Origin: a virus
DNA: 64,000 nucleotides
Direction: 5' to 3' (one strand)
IMG/VR virus record: IMGVR_UViG_3300020056_002272
Location: 20,662-84,661 of that record
The notes beneath the pieces are model-generated. The model had not been told where the DNA came from. It saw nothing but the letters and a program-made list of their open reading frames with translations, and searched no databases. Of this stretch, positions 1 to 11,781 are shown piece by piece (position 1 is the first letter of the stretch; each line of letters starts with the position of its first letter). The translations under genes and the position numbers were made by a program.

Positions 1-1
1 C

Positions 2-3000
2 GGCTATTATGAAACACCTCACAACTTTGAAAGAAATCCGTTAAACAATAATATAACTGAATTTACATATGGGCAGGTTGCAGATCATGTAGAAGGATTA
101 ATTGTAGAAGTTGATAACTTTGTAGGTTCGCAACCAGGCAGAAATAACCTAAGAGATTTAGGAAACGTGTATCAATATGGACGCAAATTTGTAAAACATA
201 GCGGACCATTAAATATACCGTTGGTGAATTTAGCACGTAAAGACAGTAATATTGTTAATGCTATAAGATATGCAAAAAAAGAATACAGTAAATTCAAGCG
301 TGACTTTGTCCAGATAGCAGAAACACTAGGTGTAGATACTGCTACAAATCAGCATGTGAATCTTATTCTAGCAGAAATAAAGAAAAACAAAAGAGACAAC
401 ATGCCATTCTACAATTCAGATATGATAGGATCTGGAGGGTATAAAAGACTAGAATATACAGTATTAGATATTGATATAAAATATTATGCACTTAGCACAC
501 CGTTTGCGTTTACAGTTGATAATAGAAAAGCAGTGTATGTCTATTTAAATGGTGAGCAATTGTGTTATGGTGTGGATTACACTTTAACCACAGAAGGTTT
601 TGCTTATATAACAAAAACTATTGCAGTTGATGATACAATAGAAATACATGAATACGAAACAACTGAAGCAAGTTACATTCCACCAACTCCTACAAAATTG
701 GGAATGTTTCCTGCATATAAACCAGAAAAATTTGTAGATTCTACTTATGCAGATCCTGTAAGTGTAATTAGAGGACATGATGGCAGTATTACTATTGCTT
801 ATGACGATTTTAGAGATGACTTGTTACTAGAATTAGAACGTAGAATTTACAACAATATAAAAGTTACGTATGACACAAGTATATTTGACATTCATGATTA
901 TGTAGGAGGTGAATATAGAGATACAGGCATCTCTAAAGAAGACCTTGATAATGTATTGATTACAGATTTTGTATCTTGGTTAACCACAGCGGGTAATGTT
1001 GATTATACAGACAATAGCTTTGTGCAGGAACGTTCTACCTTAACTTACAATTACAGCAGTAGTGTAAGTCCAAAAGGAAATAGATTACCGGGTTTTTGGA
1101 GAGGCGTCTACATTGATTCTTTAGATACAGATTCGCCAAATCTACGTCCATGGGAAATTTTAGGATTTAGTGTTCAGCCTAGCTGGTGGGAAACACAATA
1201 TGGACCAGCTCCTTATACTAAAGATAATCTTATACTTTGGAAAGATATTGAAGGCGGTATAGTTAGAGAGCCGGGTAAAGAAATTAAAATTAGAAAAAAA
1301 TATATACGTCCTGGATTGACTTCAAATATTCCAGTTGACGAATCAGGAAGAATACGTAGTCCATTAGATAGCAGCTATTCAAGAGAATTTAGTTTTGTAG
1401 TTCAAAGAGACAAATTGTTTAAGTTCGGAGATGTTGCACCAACTGAATCTGCATGGAGACGCAGTAGTGAATATCCTTTTGCATTAATAGTTGCTTTACT
1501 TGCAAACCGTCCGGCTGCTGTATCAGGGCTTTTATTTGATAGAAGTAGAATTACTAGGAACAAAGTAGGTAATTTAATTTACACTGATACAAAGAAAGCT
1601 ATTAATTTAGAAAACGTAGTATTTCCTTACACTGAACAAGACAGCGTGGTTAATTACACTGCTGGACTTATAAACTATATTGAGTCTTATATACGATCTA
1701 GTTTAACTGCTAGTTACGAAGAATATAGAAATACTGTAATTAATTTGGACAATAAATTAGGTTTTAAAGTAGGTGGATTTGCAGACAAGTCTAAACTAAA
1801 GTTAGTGCTTGACAGTAGAACGCCTTTGAATAAAGGAAATGTATTTGTTCCATTTGAAAACTATAGTATCTCGTTAAAAAAGTCTAGTCCAATTGACATT
1901 GTTTCTTATAGTGGTGTGATAATAGAAAAATTACCAAGCGGATATCGCGTGTCGGGTTACGACCAAGAAGATCCTTTTTTCCTAATTAATAAACATGCTA
2001 TTTCTGCAGGTGATCCTGTTGTAAATGTAGGCGGTATCAGCGAAAGTTTCTTGGTATGGGACAGTGCAAAAATATTTGATAAAGGACGTATAGTAGAATA
2101 TTTGAGTGCATATTATAGAGTAAATGAAACACATACTAGCAATGATACTTTTGATACCTCAAAGTTTTCAAAATTAGCAGAATTGCCTGTGGTAGGAGGT
2201 GTTAGTGCTGTATTTAGGAAAAATTTTACAAATACCATTGATAAAATTGATTATGGCACTGTGTTTCCGTCAGTGCAAGAAGTTGTAGACTTTCTTCTAA
2301 GTTATGATGCATATTTAAAATCTATAGGATTTACATTTGATTTTAATAACTCTCGTTTTGAAACAATAGAAAATTTTAATCTATTAGCTAGAGAGTTTAT
2401 GTTCTTTACGACAGAGAATTGGGCTAACAGCACAATCATTACACTAAGTCCAGGAGCAAACCAACTAAAATTTGATACAGAATATTCTACTGTAGATGAC
2501 ATTTACGATAACTTTCTTGGATATACAATAAAACAAATTGACGGAAGAATATTACAGAATAATTTTACAAATACAATCAGAGTTGATGGTAATAGTTTTG
2601 GTTTATTTCCTACGAACACTACTGAAGGAATATTCTTTGCAAAATTAGCACTGGTGCAAAAAGAACATGTAGTGCTAATCGATAACAATACAGTATTCAA
2701 TGATACGATTTATGATCCTGAATCAGGATATAGACAAGAAAGAATTAAGGTTGTAGGATATAGAACAGATGCATGGGACGGAAGTCTCAACATTCCTGGA
2801 TTTATATACGATCAAGCTAAATTTACAATCTGGGAAGCATGGCGAGATTATGATATAGCAGAAATTGTAAAATACAAAGAATTCTACTATACCGCAAAAT
2901 CAAAAATAAGCGGTAGTGCAACGTTTGATCCTGAAGAATGGAATTTGCTTGCAGAAAAACCTGAAGAAACAGTGAAACCAAACTTTGATTATAGAGCTAA

Positions 3001-6000
3001 TCAGTTTATAGATTTTTATGATTTAGATACTGATAATTTTGATAGCGAGCAGCAGCGTTTAGCGCAGCATTTAATCGGCTACCAAAAAAGAGATTATTTG
3101 TCAAATATTATTGTAGATGATGTAAGTCAGTATAAATTTTACCAAGGCTTTATACAAGACAAAGGCACAAAAAATTCCTTAACAAAATTATTTGATAAGT
3201 TAGGCAGTGCTGATAAAGACAGCTTAGAATTTTTTGAAGAATGGGCATTTAGAAACGGACAATATGGTGCTACCTCTGCGTATAAAGAAGTAGAGTATGC
3301 TCTTGATGAATCTAAATTTAGAATTGAGCCTCAGCTTGTAGAACTAGTCCAAACCGAAGATACAACACGCACAGATTTAGTATTCCAGTATCCTGTGAAA
3401 GATGTGTATATCAAAGAGCCGGGATATAATCATGCTCCGTTTCCTGTAAAATATACAGATGATGAAGTGGTAAAAACAGGAGGATATGTTTCTTTAGACC
3501 AAGCCGATATTATTGCAAAAACACCACAAGACATAATTAACTTAGATGTTAACACAACTGACATAGGTAATATAATATGGGTGCCAGAATATAAAAACTC
3601 TTGGAACATATATGAAGTTATAAACGCTCCACTGGGTGTAGAAAAAATCAGCAAAACTGATACAGGTTTTGAGGTTATTTTTGATAGAAACTGTAATTTT
3701 GTTGCTGGTGATATAATAGGTTTACGAAACGTTTCTACTGAAATTGATGGATATAGATTTGTAGCAAGTGTATCACAAAATCGTGCTACATTTAATGACA
3801 CAGTTAGTATTGAAGATGCATCTTTAGATTTGTCTGATAGCTCATTAGGATCAGTCTTACAACTTTTGAGTAAAAGAGTTGCCGACCTTGATGCAATGAA
3901 TAGTTTAATAAATCTTTATGGATTGCCCGCTAATAGTAAATTTTGGGTTGATAATATAGACGATAAATTTGCAGTTTATGAAAGCAGCAGAATATGGTCC
4001 GGACAAGAAAATTTAGTAAACAGAGAAGCAGGACCGACAAGTTGGGCAGAATCATTTGCTGTTAATGGATATAATACTGCATTAGCTGTTGCAGATAAAA
4101 ATTCTAAAGTCTATCTTTACAAGAGATTGTCCAGTGTTGTGCCATATGTATACAACCAAACTTTAGCACCAGAATCTACATTGTATGATGCTGATTCTAA
4201 TTTTGGCGAAAGCATAGAATATACAAAAGATGGCAATTGGTTAATTATAGGTGCACCTACTGCTACCAATGTAAAAACAAAATACAAAGGAGAAATTGCT
4301 CAAATTGCATACACAACTGGCGATATTGTGAGCGATGGCGGATTATTATTTAAAGCAATCAGAGATATAAATTTTGATAGCAGCACAATCAATACCCAAT
4401 CACAAGATTGGGAACAGGTTACAGCAATTGAAGCAGATGAAGAAGGAACAGGCAGCACATTTAACGATCAAGGTGCTATACACATTTATCGCAGGCAAAC
4501 AGATCAAAGTTTTGCTCTATATCAAACAATTGTATCACCGTATCCTCAAGCAGATGAAAAATTTGGTATTGCAATAAAAAGTTCGTTTGATCCGAATACA
4601 CTTTCAACAAGACTGTATGTGCGTAGTGAAAAGAACAACGGTAGATTATATTTCTTAGATTTGCCAAATATAAATGATACTTTTGGTTACAGCCGAGATC
4701 CGTTGTATCGTGGAAAATTCAATTCAGCTGTAAAGTATATTACAGGTGAAATTGTAGAGTATAATACTACAATTTACACAGCAAGTCAAACTGTGCCAGC
4801 TGGCAATGAATTTAATGTTACACAATGGAATACAACAGAATCTAATATAGATAGATTAGGATATGTTCCTATAATAGGCGACGATGCTGTTGCAGGTTTA
4901 GAAGACAGCACAGCCTTTGATAGTAATTTTAGAATTGCTGAAAACTTTGATGTAAGTGACAATGGAGAAGTATTGGTATTAACCAGTTTATTATCAACTG
5001 ACGAATATAAAATTGTTGTTTATAGAAAAACTGGCGATAGATTTGCTTTGCACCAAACTATAAATGCAGAAACTAACGATATTGATTTTGGACACAGTGT
5101 AGCAATTAACAGTATTGGAAATATTATTGCAATAGGTGCAACCTTAGCAGATGATCAAGGAACAGATACTGGTAAAGTATTTGTTTATGAATACAATACA
5201 TCTGCATTGGTTTTTGAAAAATCTCAAGAACTTGTTACACCACAGCCGTCCAAAAATGAAAGATTTGGCTGGCAAGTTGACTTCAGCGAAGATAAACTAG
5301 CGGTTACAGGTATAAATGGTGAAAACTCTTTTGCAACATTATTTGATACTAATGAAACTTACTTTGATTCAAGGTCAACTGAATTTGTAGAAAAATTTGC
5401 AAATCAGTTACAAATATATGTTTTTGAAAAATTGTTTACAAAATTTGTTTATGCAGAAACAGTAGATTATGCCTATTATTACACAGACCAAAATGGTAAT
5501 AGAGTAGCGGCAAAATTAAATGATACTTCAAATCCAAAAATTTTATTCAATAAGAATCATATTGTATTAGGACTGCCATTGGTATCCCTGGATGACACTG
5601 ATTCTATATTTGGTTTAGTTGCAGATTTAACAGCAACACAAAATGCAGATAGCTGGCAATTGTTAAGCAGAGCTAAAGATTTTGTTGATTACGAAAAACT
5701 CAAAGGTGTATTTTTATATGATAAAGTCAGCGGCGATCTTATCACCTATTTAGATGTAATTGATCCAATACAAGGAAAAATTGCTAATATTGCTGAACAA
5801 GAAATTTTTTATAAAACTCCGTATGATCCTGCTGTTTATAGTAATGGAAGCACTGATACCGGAATTAAAAATCCTTGGACAAATAATTATATAGGAAAAT
5901 TATGGTGGGATTTGAGCACTGTAAAATGGTTAAACCCTTACCAAGGAAATATTACAAGCCAAAATAACAAATGGAATAAAATTATTGAAGGATTTAGTGT

Positions 6001-9000
6001 AGATGTATACGAATGGGTAGAAAGTCCGTATCTACCAAGTAAATGGGATGAAATAGCGGATACTACTGAAGGGTTGTCTCAAAATATAAGTGGCACAACT
6101 TTATATGGAGATTCCAAGTATAGTGTAGCTCAAACATACGATGCGGTAGCAGGAAGATTTAACAATCGTTATTTCTTCTGGGTAAGAAACAGTAAATTGA
6201 TTCCAAATGTATCAGGTCGTAATGCAAGTTGTGAAACTGTTATAAACCTAATAGCAGATCCTAAAAACACTGGATATAGATTTATTTCGTTGTTTAACGA
6301 AAAAGAGTTTGCATTACATAATGTCAGAAGTTTGATAAGAGGAAAAGACACAATTATACATTTTGATTATGCAGATGGCCCTGTCAATTTAGGTAATGTG
6401 CATAGTGAATATTCTCTACTAACAGAAAATGATGAAACCAGCGAGCCTAACAATATACTTGTTGACAAATGGTTTGATAGTTTAGTTGGTTATGATGCTA
6501 ATCTTAACAAGTTACCCGACTTAGATGTAAGTCCAGCAAGACGCTATGGAATTTTAAATGAGCCATTACAAACTATGTTTGTAAACAAAACAGAGGCTTT
6601 GAAACAAATAGTTGAACGTGTAAATCTAGTTTTGTTACAAAATTTGATTGTTGATGATTTTGATTTGTCTCCTTTAGATGCGATAGATCCGCTACCGAGT
6701 GATGTTGCCGGTAAGTATGACGAAAAAATTGACAATGAAGGACTATTGAGATTTGTAGGCACCAGTAAAATTGAACAAGCTCAAATTAGTTTGACAACCA
6801 CAGATGGCCGCATTAGTTCAGTTACAATAGAAAACTCTGGTAGAGGTTACAAAGATCCTTCATATACAGCAGAATCCACTACAAGAAATGGACCAAGTGT
6901 AGAAATATTAGGCACAGGATCGGGGGCAGTTATTAAAACAGAAATCAATAACCTAGGCCAAATAACAAACGCTACTATAATAAATGCAGGCAACGGCTAC
7001 ACAGATGAAGTAATAGCTATTGTCAGACCTTTTACAGTTCTTGTAACCAATGACAGTTCAATTGGCGGTTTTTGGGCAACCTATAATTACAATAAAACCG
7101 AACAAGAATGGAATAGGCAAAGTATACAATCTTACGACACAACATTCTATTGGCAGTATAGAGATTGGTATAAAGAAGGATTTTCTTCTATTACAGCAGT
7201 AGATCATTTTATACCAGCAAGTTATGCATTAGATGGGCTAAATGCTAATATTAATGATATTGTAAAAATTGAAAATATTGGTTCAGGCGGCTGGTTATTA
7301 CTGCAAAAGATAAATGATATTCCTGAGGTTGATTATACTGTCAACTATCAAACAGTTGGCAGGCAGAACGGAACGATACAATTAAGCAAACTATTATACA
7401 ACAATACAGATAGCGGCTTCGATAATCAAATATACGATAGTGTATTGTATGATAGAGAACCAGTAAATGAAACTCGTATTATATTACGAGCTCTTCAAAC
7501 TAACATATTTGTTGACCAGCTTAAGATCGAATGGAATAAATTGTTTTTCAGCAGTATAAGATATGTTCTTGCAGAACAGCCCACAGTTGATTGGGTGTTC
7601 AAAAGTGCATTTATAAAAGCAAAGCACAATGTAGGTGAACTAGATCAACGTGTCACATTTAGAAACGATAATTTAGAAAATTATCAAGACTATGTAGCAG
7701 AAGTTAAACCATACAGCAGTAAAATTAGAGAGTATGTTAGCGGATATGAAAAAGTAGATCCTACAGAGACTAGTGTTACAGATTTTGACTTACAACCTAG
7801 ATACAGTGAATCTCAACGTCAAATAATACCTGAAAGTTTACAAATTAACCAAAATGTTGTAGGACCGCTTAACAGTTTTGTGCAAACCTATCCACAAAAA
7901 CACTGGTTAGATAATTTAGGTTTTGAGATAACTGAACTTGCAATTGCAAACGGTGGCACAGGTTGGAGTTCAGGACCGGTAGTTACAATTTCCGGCGGTG
8001 GCGGACCAACTATAGAAGGAAAAGGTATAATAGCTAGAGGTGTGCTTGTTGATATAGAAATTGATACCTCCAATGCTTTTTACACCAGCGCACCTGTTGT
8101 AACATTGAACGGCTCGCAAGCAGAAGACAGTGAAGATGCAAGTGTAATTGCAATCTTAGGTAACAGCAAAGTAAGAAGCACACATGTAGCAGTCAAGTTT
8201 GATAGAACTTATGGCACTGATATAAATGAAACACTATATGCAAATATAGATAAGACTGAAACATTTACAGGTAATGCCGGTATAAGCGCATTTGAACTTG
8301 AATGGCCTATGGATCTTACTGCTTCAAACGTAACGGTGACTGTAGACAATGTCGAAAGTTTATCAAGCGAATATACAATTAGTAATAAGTTAGATACAAC
8401 AAAAGGATTTACTAGGTATAAAGGAGTAATTACTTTCTTTGTAATACCACAACTTGGTGCTAATATTCAAGTTTCGTATAAAATTGCACCACAGCATTTA
8501 CATGCTGCCGATAGAATACGTTATCATTACAATCCTTCAACAGGTATGCTAGGCAAAGATCTATCGCAATTAATGGACGGGGTTGATTATTCAGGCGTTC
8601 AAATAGATACAATTGCACTAACTGGTAATCAAGGGTTTGAAACTACCACATTTGGTGTAGGCGGTTTTGATACATTTGATACAACATTTAACGATATAAA
8701 ATTCACCGCAGACGGTAGCACACAATTAATTGAATTAGACGAACCATTAGAAGCAGGTGTAATTTATACAGTTTATAAAAATAACGTAAGATTAGATGAT
8801 ATTAACTATGATGAATCTGTGGATCAAGCAAGTCAGACTGCGCTAGTCACTAATCCAAATGCTGTAATTAGAAGTATTACAGGCGATGGCATTCAAACTG
8901 TAATAAATCTTGCTGGTTACAATCCACCAATTGAAACTGTTGACGGAGATATAATTTATATTCGTCGTATTGATAGTGATGGAAGTTTTACACCTGGAGA

Positions 9001-11755
9001 TGCAGCATTTGATACACAATTAACTGGTGGCGATTTAGAAACTTTAAGCGGAGCATATACAACTGCAATCGGTCAAAATGCAGGCGAGATTGTTGTTGAT
9101 GGCGATGGATTTATAAGTATAAACAATAGAGGTCCGGAGGAACTAGTTCCAGGCACTATATTAGATACTTTAGATATACAAGTTTACAACGCTGTAGAAT
9201 CTGGACAAGGTATGATTAATGTTTATAATTTTGTAGCAGATGGAGAAACTGTAAGTTGGCAATTAGACGAATACCCACAGTCTAATTCAAATATAATAAT
9301 GAAGATAGATAATGTTGTGCAAGATAGCTCAGTTTATGAATTTGATTATCAAACAAAAACATTGAGCATATCTGACAGCTCACTTGTTCCGGCTAATTCT
9401 ATAGTAAGTATTTTAACTATTGGTAACAACGGTAATGATATTTTAGATAGTGATACTTTTATTGGCGATGGCTATACTACAGCATTCGAAACAGGAATTG
9501 CTTATCAAACTCCTATTTCAGCATTTATAACAGTTGATGGTATAGTATACGAAGAAGGTTACAATTTGATTGCATCAGACAACAATAGAATTACTATTGA
9601 CTTTGGCGGAGCATTAGGCGAAGGTAGCATAATCACATACACAATATATGCAGGAACAACTCAAAAATACAGTCAGATTGTAGTAGATAAAACTTTTGAT
9701 ATTACTGATGATAATCTAAGTCATACTTTCCAGTCGATAGGATTTCCTTTTAATGAAAGACCTGTTGCTGATAAAATACTTGTTAAGAAAGGCAATACCT
9801 TCCTAAATTCAATGTATACTATAACGTATACTGTTACATCCAGCAGGTCTTATGATTTAGAAGCCTGGGCTATTAGAGATGTAAATTCTATAAGGAAAGA
9901 GGACGTAGTTGTATATCTTAACGGCGAAGTTTTAAATAGAAATTATTGGATATATGATCCAATAAATTATAGAGTCAATTTATTACAATATAATATAGGT
10001 GTAGCCGGAGACGAATTACAAATTAATGTAATTAAAGACAGCGAGTATACTTTTATCACAACTCAAATTACTGTTGTAAGCGATCAAAATGTAAATGGAC
10101 CGACATATGAGATAGCACCAGGCGATTTTGTTAACTTTGAATTTGCAGACAGCACAAATGTAAGTGGTAGACTTTTAAACAAAAGCATTGGCAGTCGTAA
10201 TAAAGAAACAATTTTGCAACTGCAAGGATATGTAAGAGATTTTGTTTATCATTACCCAGAAACAGATGCTTTTGCAATTGATAATATTTCAAATGCAAAT
10301 CCTGCAGTTTTAACAACGACTGCTCCACACGGATTTACTACAGGTGATAAAGTTCAGATTGAAAATGTAGTAGGCATGACAGAAGTAAATGAGAAAGAAT
10401 ATTTTGTCTCTGTAGTTGATGCTTTAAATGTAGAGCTTTATTTAGATGAAAATCTTACAAATACTTTAAACAGTATAGGATTTACACCTTATACTCAGTA
10501 TGGTATTGTAAGCATTCTTACAGCGAACACTGTAAAAGTTAGTGCAATAGTAAACAGTCAAGTAGTTGAGTTTGATGGCGAGATTCAGTCTATTGAATAC
10601 TTGAATACAGATATTCTTTCTTTAAGAGATGCTCCAGATGATCAGCCGATTGAAATATTTGTATTTTCTAATCACGATGTAAATGATTTTTCCAGAATCA
10701 GTTATGACCTTGATTACAGTAGCAATAAGTTGCCGGTCGAAAGTCAACAGCATTTAGATAGAAATTTGCTATCTAGAGGTTATGTAAGGTTGCGCAAGCC
10801 TGCAATAGCACAGCAATACACATGGGTAATTTTAAATGGCGAACTGCTATCACCTGAAGTTGATTATAAACTTACAAATAATAATTCGGGGTTACAATTA
10901 AATCAGCCTTTACAGGATACAGATCATGTTGAAATACTACAATTTGGAGCAAATGTTTCAGAGCAAAAATTTGCATTTAGACAATTTAAAGACATTTTAA
11001 ATAGAACACATTTTAAACGCATAAATGAAGCTAAGTCATATAGTCTAGCAAGAGATTGTAATTATTATGATAAGTTCATCGAACTTACAAGCTCTGATGG
11101 AATTGACGAACCAAGTCCTAATAGATCACTTAATATTCCTGGTGTAATATGGGTTAACGGTGAACGTATTGAATACATGGTAAAAGATGGTAACTTCCTA
11201 CGTCAATTGACACGAGGAACTTTAGGAACAAGCATTAACAATCTTCTTACTGCTGGAACAAAAATTTATAGTCAAGGAATTGGTGAAAATATTCCATACA
11301 AAGATGAAATTATTAAAGATGTAAAAATTGGCGATGGTAGCACAAGAGATTTTGAATTAGACTTTGATTTGTGGAGTTTTGCTTTAGAATATTATACTAA
11401 ATTTGAAACTCTATACAGAGATCCAAGTAAGACTTTAGATGAAATTCTTGGCAACATCGCCTCGAACTTCATAGACGTTTTTGTAGCAGGAAGAAAATTA
11501 AGGAAAAATGAATTAGCAGTTTTTGATGTAACAAGAGCACAAGATAGCACAGAAGGAGATGTTATTGTAGAGCCCGAATTTACAGTCAGCAGTAATAATA
11601 TTATTACACTTGCTAATACGCCGCAAAACTTACAAACAATACAGATTGTGAGAAAAAAGGGCAAGGTTTGGAATGATCCAGATACGTCACTAGGCGATAG
11701 CGAAAATAGCATAGCAAAATTTATAACAGGTGCAACAAGTAAGTTACCCCGATAA
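2..11755 (+). CDS. Giant virion structural protein (baseplate wedge/tail-associated), 5'-truncated, >3,900 aa
   Basis: The frame is open from base 2 (GYYETPHNFERNP...), so GTG167 is not the true start. Contains FG-GAP-like propeller repeats (NFGESIEY..GNWLIIGAP, FGHSVAI..GNIIAIGA, FGWQVDF), repeated F.GDG.T..F beta modules and an FCCH-like module. Lies next to tail-fibre genes. Confidence 0.75.
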   Translation, partial: GYYETPHNFERNPLNNNITEFTYGQVADHVEGLIVEVDNFVGSQPGRNNLRDLGNVYQYGRKFVKHSGPLNIPLVNLARKDSNIVNAIRYAKKEYSKFKRDFVQIAETLGVDTATNQHVNLILAEIKKNKRDNMPFYNSDMIGSGGYKRLEYTVLDIDIKYYALSTPFAFTVDNRKAVYVYLNGEQLCYGVDYTLTTEGFAYITKTIAVDDTIEIHEYETTEASYIPPTPTKLGMFPAYKPEKFVDSTYADPVSVIRGHDGSITIAYDDFRDDLLLELERRIYNNIKVTYDTSIFDIHDYVGGEYRDTGISKEDLDNVLITDFVSWLTTAGNVDYTDNSFVQERSTLTYNYSSSVSPKGNRLPGFWRGVYIDSLDTDSPNLRPWEILGFSVQPSWWETQYGPAPYTKDNLILWKDIEGGIVREPGKEIKIRKKYIRPGLTSNIPVDESGRIRSPLDSSYSREFSFVVQRDKLFKFGDVAPTESAWRRSSEYPFALIVALLANRPAAVSGLLFDRSRITRNKVGNLIYTDTKKAINLENVVFPYTEQDSVVNYTAGLINYIESYIRSSLTASYEEYRNTVINLDNKLGFKVGGFADKSKLKLVLDSRTPLNKGNVFVPFENYSISLKKSSPIDIVSYSGVIIEKLPSGYRVSGYDQEDPFFLINKHAISAGDPVVNVGGISESFLVWDSAKIFDKGRIVEYLSAYYRVNETHTSNDTFDTSKFSKLAELPVVGGVSAVFRKNFTNTIDKIDYGTVFPSVQEVVDFLLSYDAYLKSIGFTFDFNNSRFETIENFNLLAREFMFFTTENWANSTIITLSPGANQLKFDTEYSTVDDIYDNFLGYTIKQIDGRILQNNFTNTIRVDGNSFGLFPTNTTEGIFFAKLALVQKEHVVLIDNNTVFNDTIYDPESGYRQERIKVVGYRTDAWDGSLNIPGFIYDQAKFTIWEAWRDYDIAEIVKYKEFYYTAKSKISGSATFDPEEWNLLAEKPEETVKPNFDYRANQFIDFYDLDTDNFDSEQQRLAQHLIGYQKRDYLSNIIVDDVSQYKFYQGFIQDKGTKNSLTKLFDKLGSADKDSLEFFEEWAFRNGQYGATSAYKEVEYALDESKFRIEPQLVELVQTEDTTRTDLVFQYPVKDVYIKEPGYNHAPFPVKYTDDEVVKTGGYVSLDQADIIAKTPQDIINLDVNTTDIGNIIWVPEYKNSWNIYEVINAPLGVEKISKTDTGFEVIFDRNCNFVAGDIIGLRNVSTEIDGYRFVASVSQNRATFNDTVSIEDASLDLSDSSLGSVLQLLSKRVADLDAMNSLINLYGLPANSKFWVDNIDDKFAVYESSRIWSGQENLVNREAGPTSWAESFAVNGYNTALAVADKNSKVYLYKRLSSVVPYVYNQTLAPESTLYDADSNFGESIEYTKDGNWLIIGAPTATNVKTKYKGEIAQIAYTTGDIVSDGGLLFKAIRDINFDSSTINTQSQDWEQVTAIEADEEGTGSTFNDQGAIHIYRRQTDQSFALYQTIVSPYPQADEKFGIAIKSSFDPNTLSTRLYVRSEKNNGRLYFLDLPNINDTFGYSRDPLYRGKFNSAVKYITGEIVEYNTTIYTASQTVPAGNEFNVTQWNTTESNIDRLGYVPIIGDDAVAGLEDSTAFDSNFRIAENFDVSDNGEVLVLTSLLSTDEYKIVVYRKTGDRFALHQTINAETNDIDFGHSVAINSIGNIIAIGATLADDQGTDTGKVFVYEYNTSALVFEKSQELVTPQPSKNERFGWQVDFSEDKLAVTGINGENSFATLFDTNETYFDSRSTEFVEKFANQLQIYVFEKLFTKFVYAETVDYAYYYTDQNGNRVAAKLNDTSNPKILFNKNHIVLGLPLVSLDDTDSIFGLVADLTATQNADSWQLLSRAKDFVDYEKLKGVFLYDKVSGDLITYLDVIDPIQGKIANIAEQEIFYKTPYDPAVYSNGSTDTGIKNPWTNNYIGKLWWDLSTVKWLNPYQGNITSQNNKWNKIIEGFSVDVYEWVESPYLPSKWDEIADTTEGLSQNISGTTLYGDSKYSVAQTYDAVAGRFNNRYFFWVRNSKLIPNVSGRNASCETVINLIADPKNTGYRFISLFNEKEFALHNVRSLIRGKDTIIHFDYADGPVNLGNVHSEYSLLTENDETSEPNNILVDKWFDSLVGYDANLNKLPDLDVSPARRYGILNEPLQTMFVNKTEALKQIVERVNLVLLQNLIVDDFDLSPLDAIDPLPSDVAGKYDEKIDNEGLLRFVGTSKIEQAQISLTTTDGRISSVTIENSGRGYKDPSYTAESTTRNGPSVEILGTGSGAVIKTEINNLGQITNATIINAGNGYTDEVIAIVRPFTVLVTNDSSIGGFWATYNYNKTEQEWNRQSIQSYDTTFYWQYRDWYKEGFSSITAVDHFIPASYALDGLNANINDIVKIENIGSGGWLLLQKINDIPEVDYTVNYQTVGRQNGTIQLSKLLYNNTDSGFDNQIYDSVLYDREPVNETRIILRALQTNIFVDQLKIEWNKLFFSSIRYVLAEQPTVDWVFKSAFIKAKHNVGELDQRVTFRNDNLENYQDYVAEVKPYSSKIREYVSGYEKVDPTETSVTDFDLQPRYSESQRQIIPESLQINQNVVGPLNSFVQTYPQKHWLDNLGFEITELAIANGGTGWSSGPVVTISGGGGPTIEGKGIIARGVLVDIEIDTSNAFYTSAPVVTLNGSQAEDSEDASVIAILGNSKVRSTHVAVKFDRTYGTDINETLYANIDKTETFTGNAGISAFELEWPMDLTASNVTVTVDNVESLSSEYTISNKLDTTKGFTRYKGVITFFVIPQLGANIQVSYKIAPQHLHAADRIRYHYNPSTGMLGKDLSQLMDGVDYSGVQIDTIALTGNQGFETTTFGVGGFDTFDTTFNDIKFTADGSTQLIELDEPLEAGVIYTVYKNNVRLDDINYDESVDQASQTALVTNPNAVIRSITGDGIQTVINLAGYNPPIETVDGDIIYIRRIDSDGSFTPGDAAFDTQLTGGDLETLSGAYTTAIGQNAGEIVVDGDGFISINNRGPEELVPGTILDTLDIQVYNAVESGQGMINVYNFVADGETVSWQLDEYPQSNSNIIMKIDNVVQDSSVYEFDYQTKTLSISDSSLVPANSIVSILTIGNNGNDILDSDTFIGDGYTTAFETGIAYQTPISAFITVDGIVYEEGYNLIASDNNRITIDFGGALGEGSIITYTIYAGTTQKYSQIVVDKTFDITDDNLSHTFQSIGFPFNERPVADKILVKKGNTFLNSMYTITYTVTSSRSYDLEAWAIRDVNSIRKEDVVVYLNGEVLNRNYWIYDPINYRVNLLQYNIGVAGDELQINVIKDSEYTFITTQITVVSDQNVNGPTYEIAPGDFVNFEFADSTNVSGRLLNKSIGSRNKETILQLQGYVRDFVYHYPETDAFAIDNISNANPAVLTTTAPHGFTTGDKVQIENVVGMTEVNEKEYFVSVVDALNVELYLDENLTNTLNSIGFTPYTQYGIVSILTANTVKVSAIVNSQVVEFDGEIQSIEYLNTDILSLRDAPDDQPIEIFVFSNHDVNDFSRISYDLDYSSNKLPVESQQHLDRNLLSRGYVRLRKPAIAQQYTWVILNGELLSPEVDYKLTNNNSGLQLNQPLQDTDHVEILQFGANVSEQKFAFRQFKDILNRTHFKRINEAKSYSLARDCNYYDKFIELTSSDGIDEPSPNRSLNIPGVIWVNGERIEYMVKDGNFLRQLTRGTLGTSINNLLTAGTKIYSQGIGENIPYKDEIIKDVKIGDGSTRDFELDFDLWSFALEYYTKFETLYRDPSKTLDEILGNIASNFIDVFVAGRKLRKNELAVFDVTRAQDSTEGDVIVEPEFTVSSNNIITLANTPQNLQTIQIVRKKGKVWNDPDTSLGDSENSIAKFITGATSKLPR

Positions 11756-11758
11756 ATA
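11751..11758 (+). promoter_or_regulatory. T4-late-like promoter motif GATAAATA
   Basis: Overlaps the stop of the giant ORF, just upstream of the next structural gene. The same octamer recurs in front of several genes. Confidence 0.55.
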
Positions 11759-11781
11759 CAGTATAGGTGAGACATAAAAAT

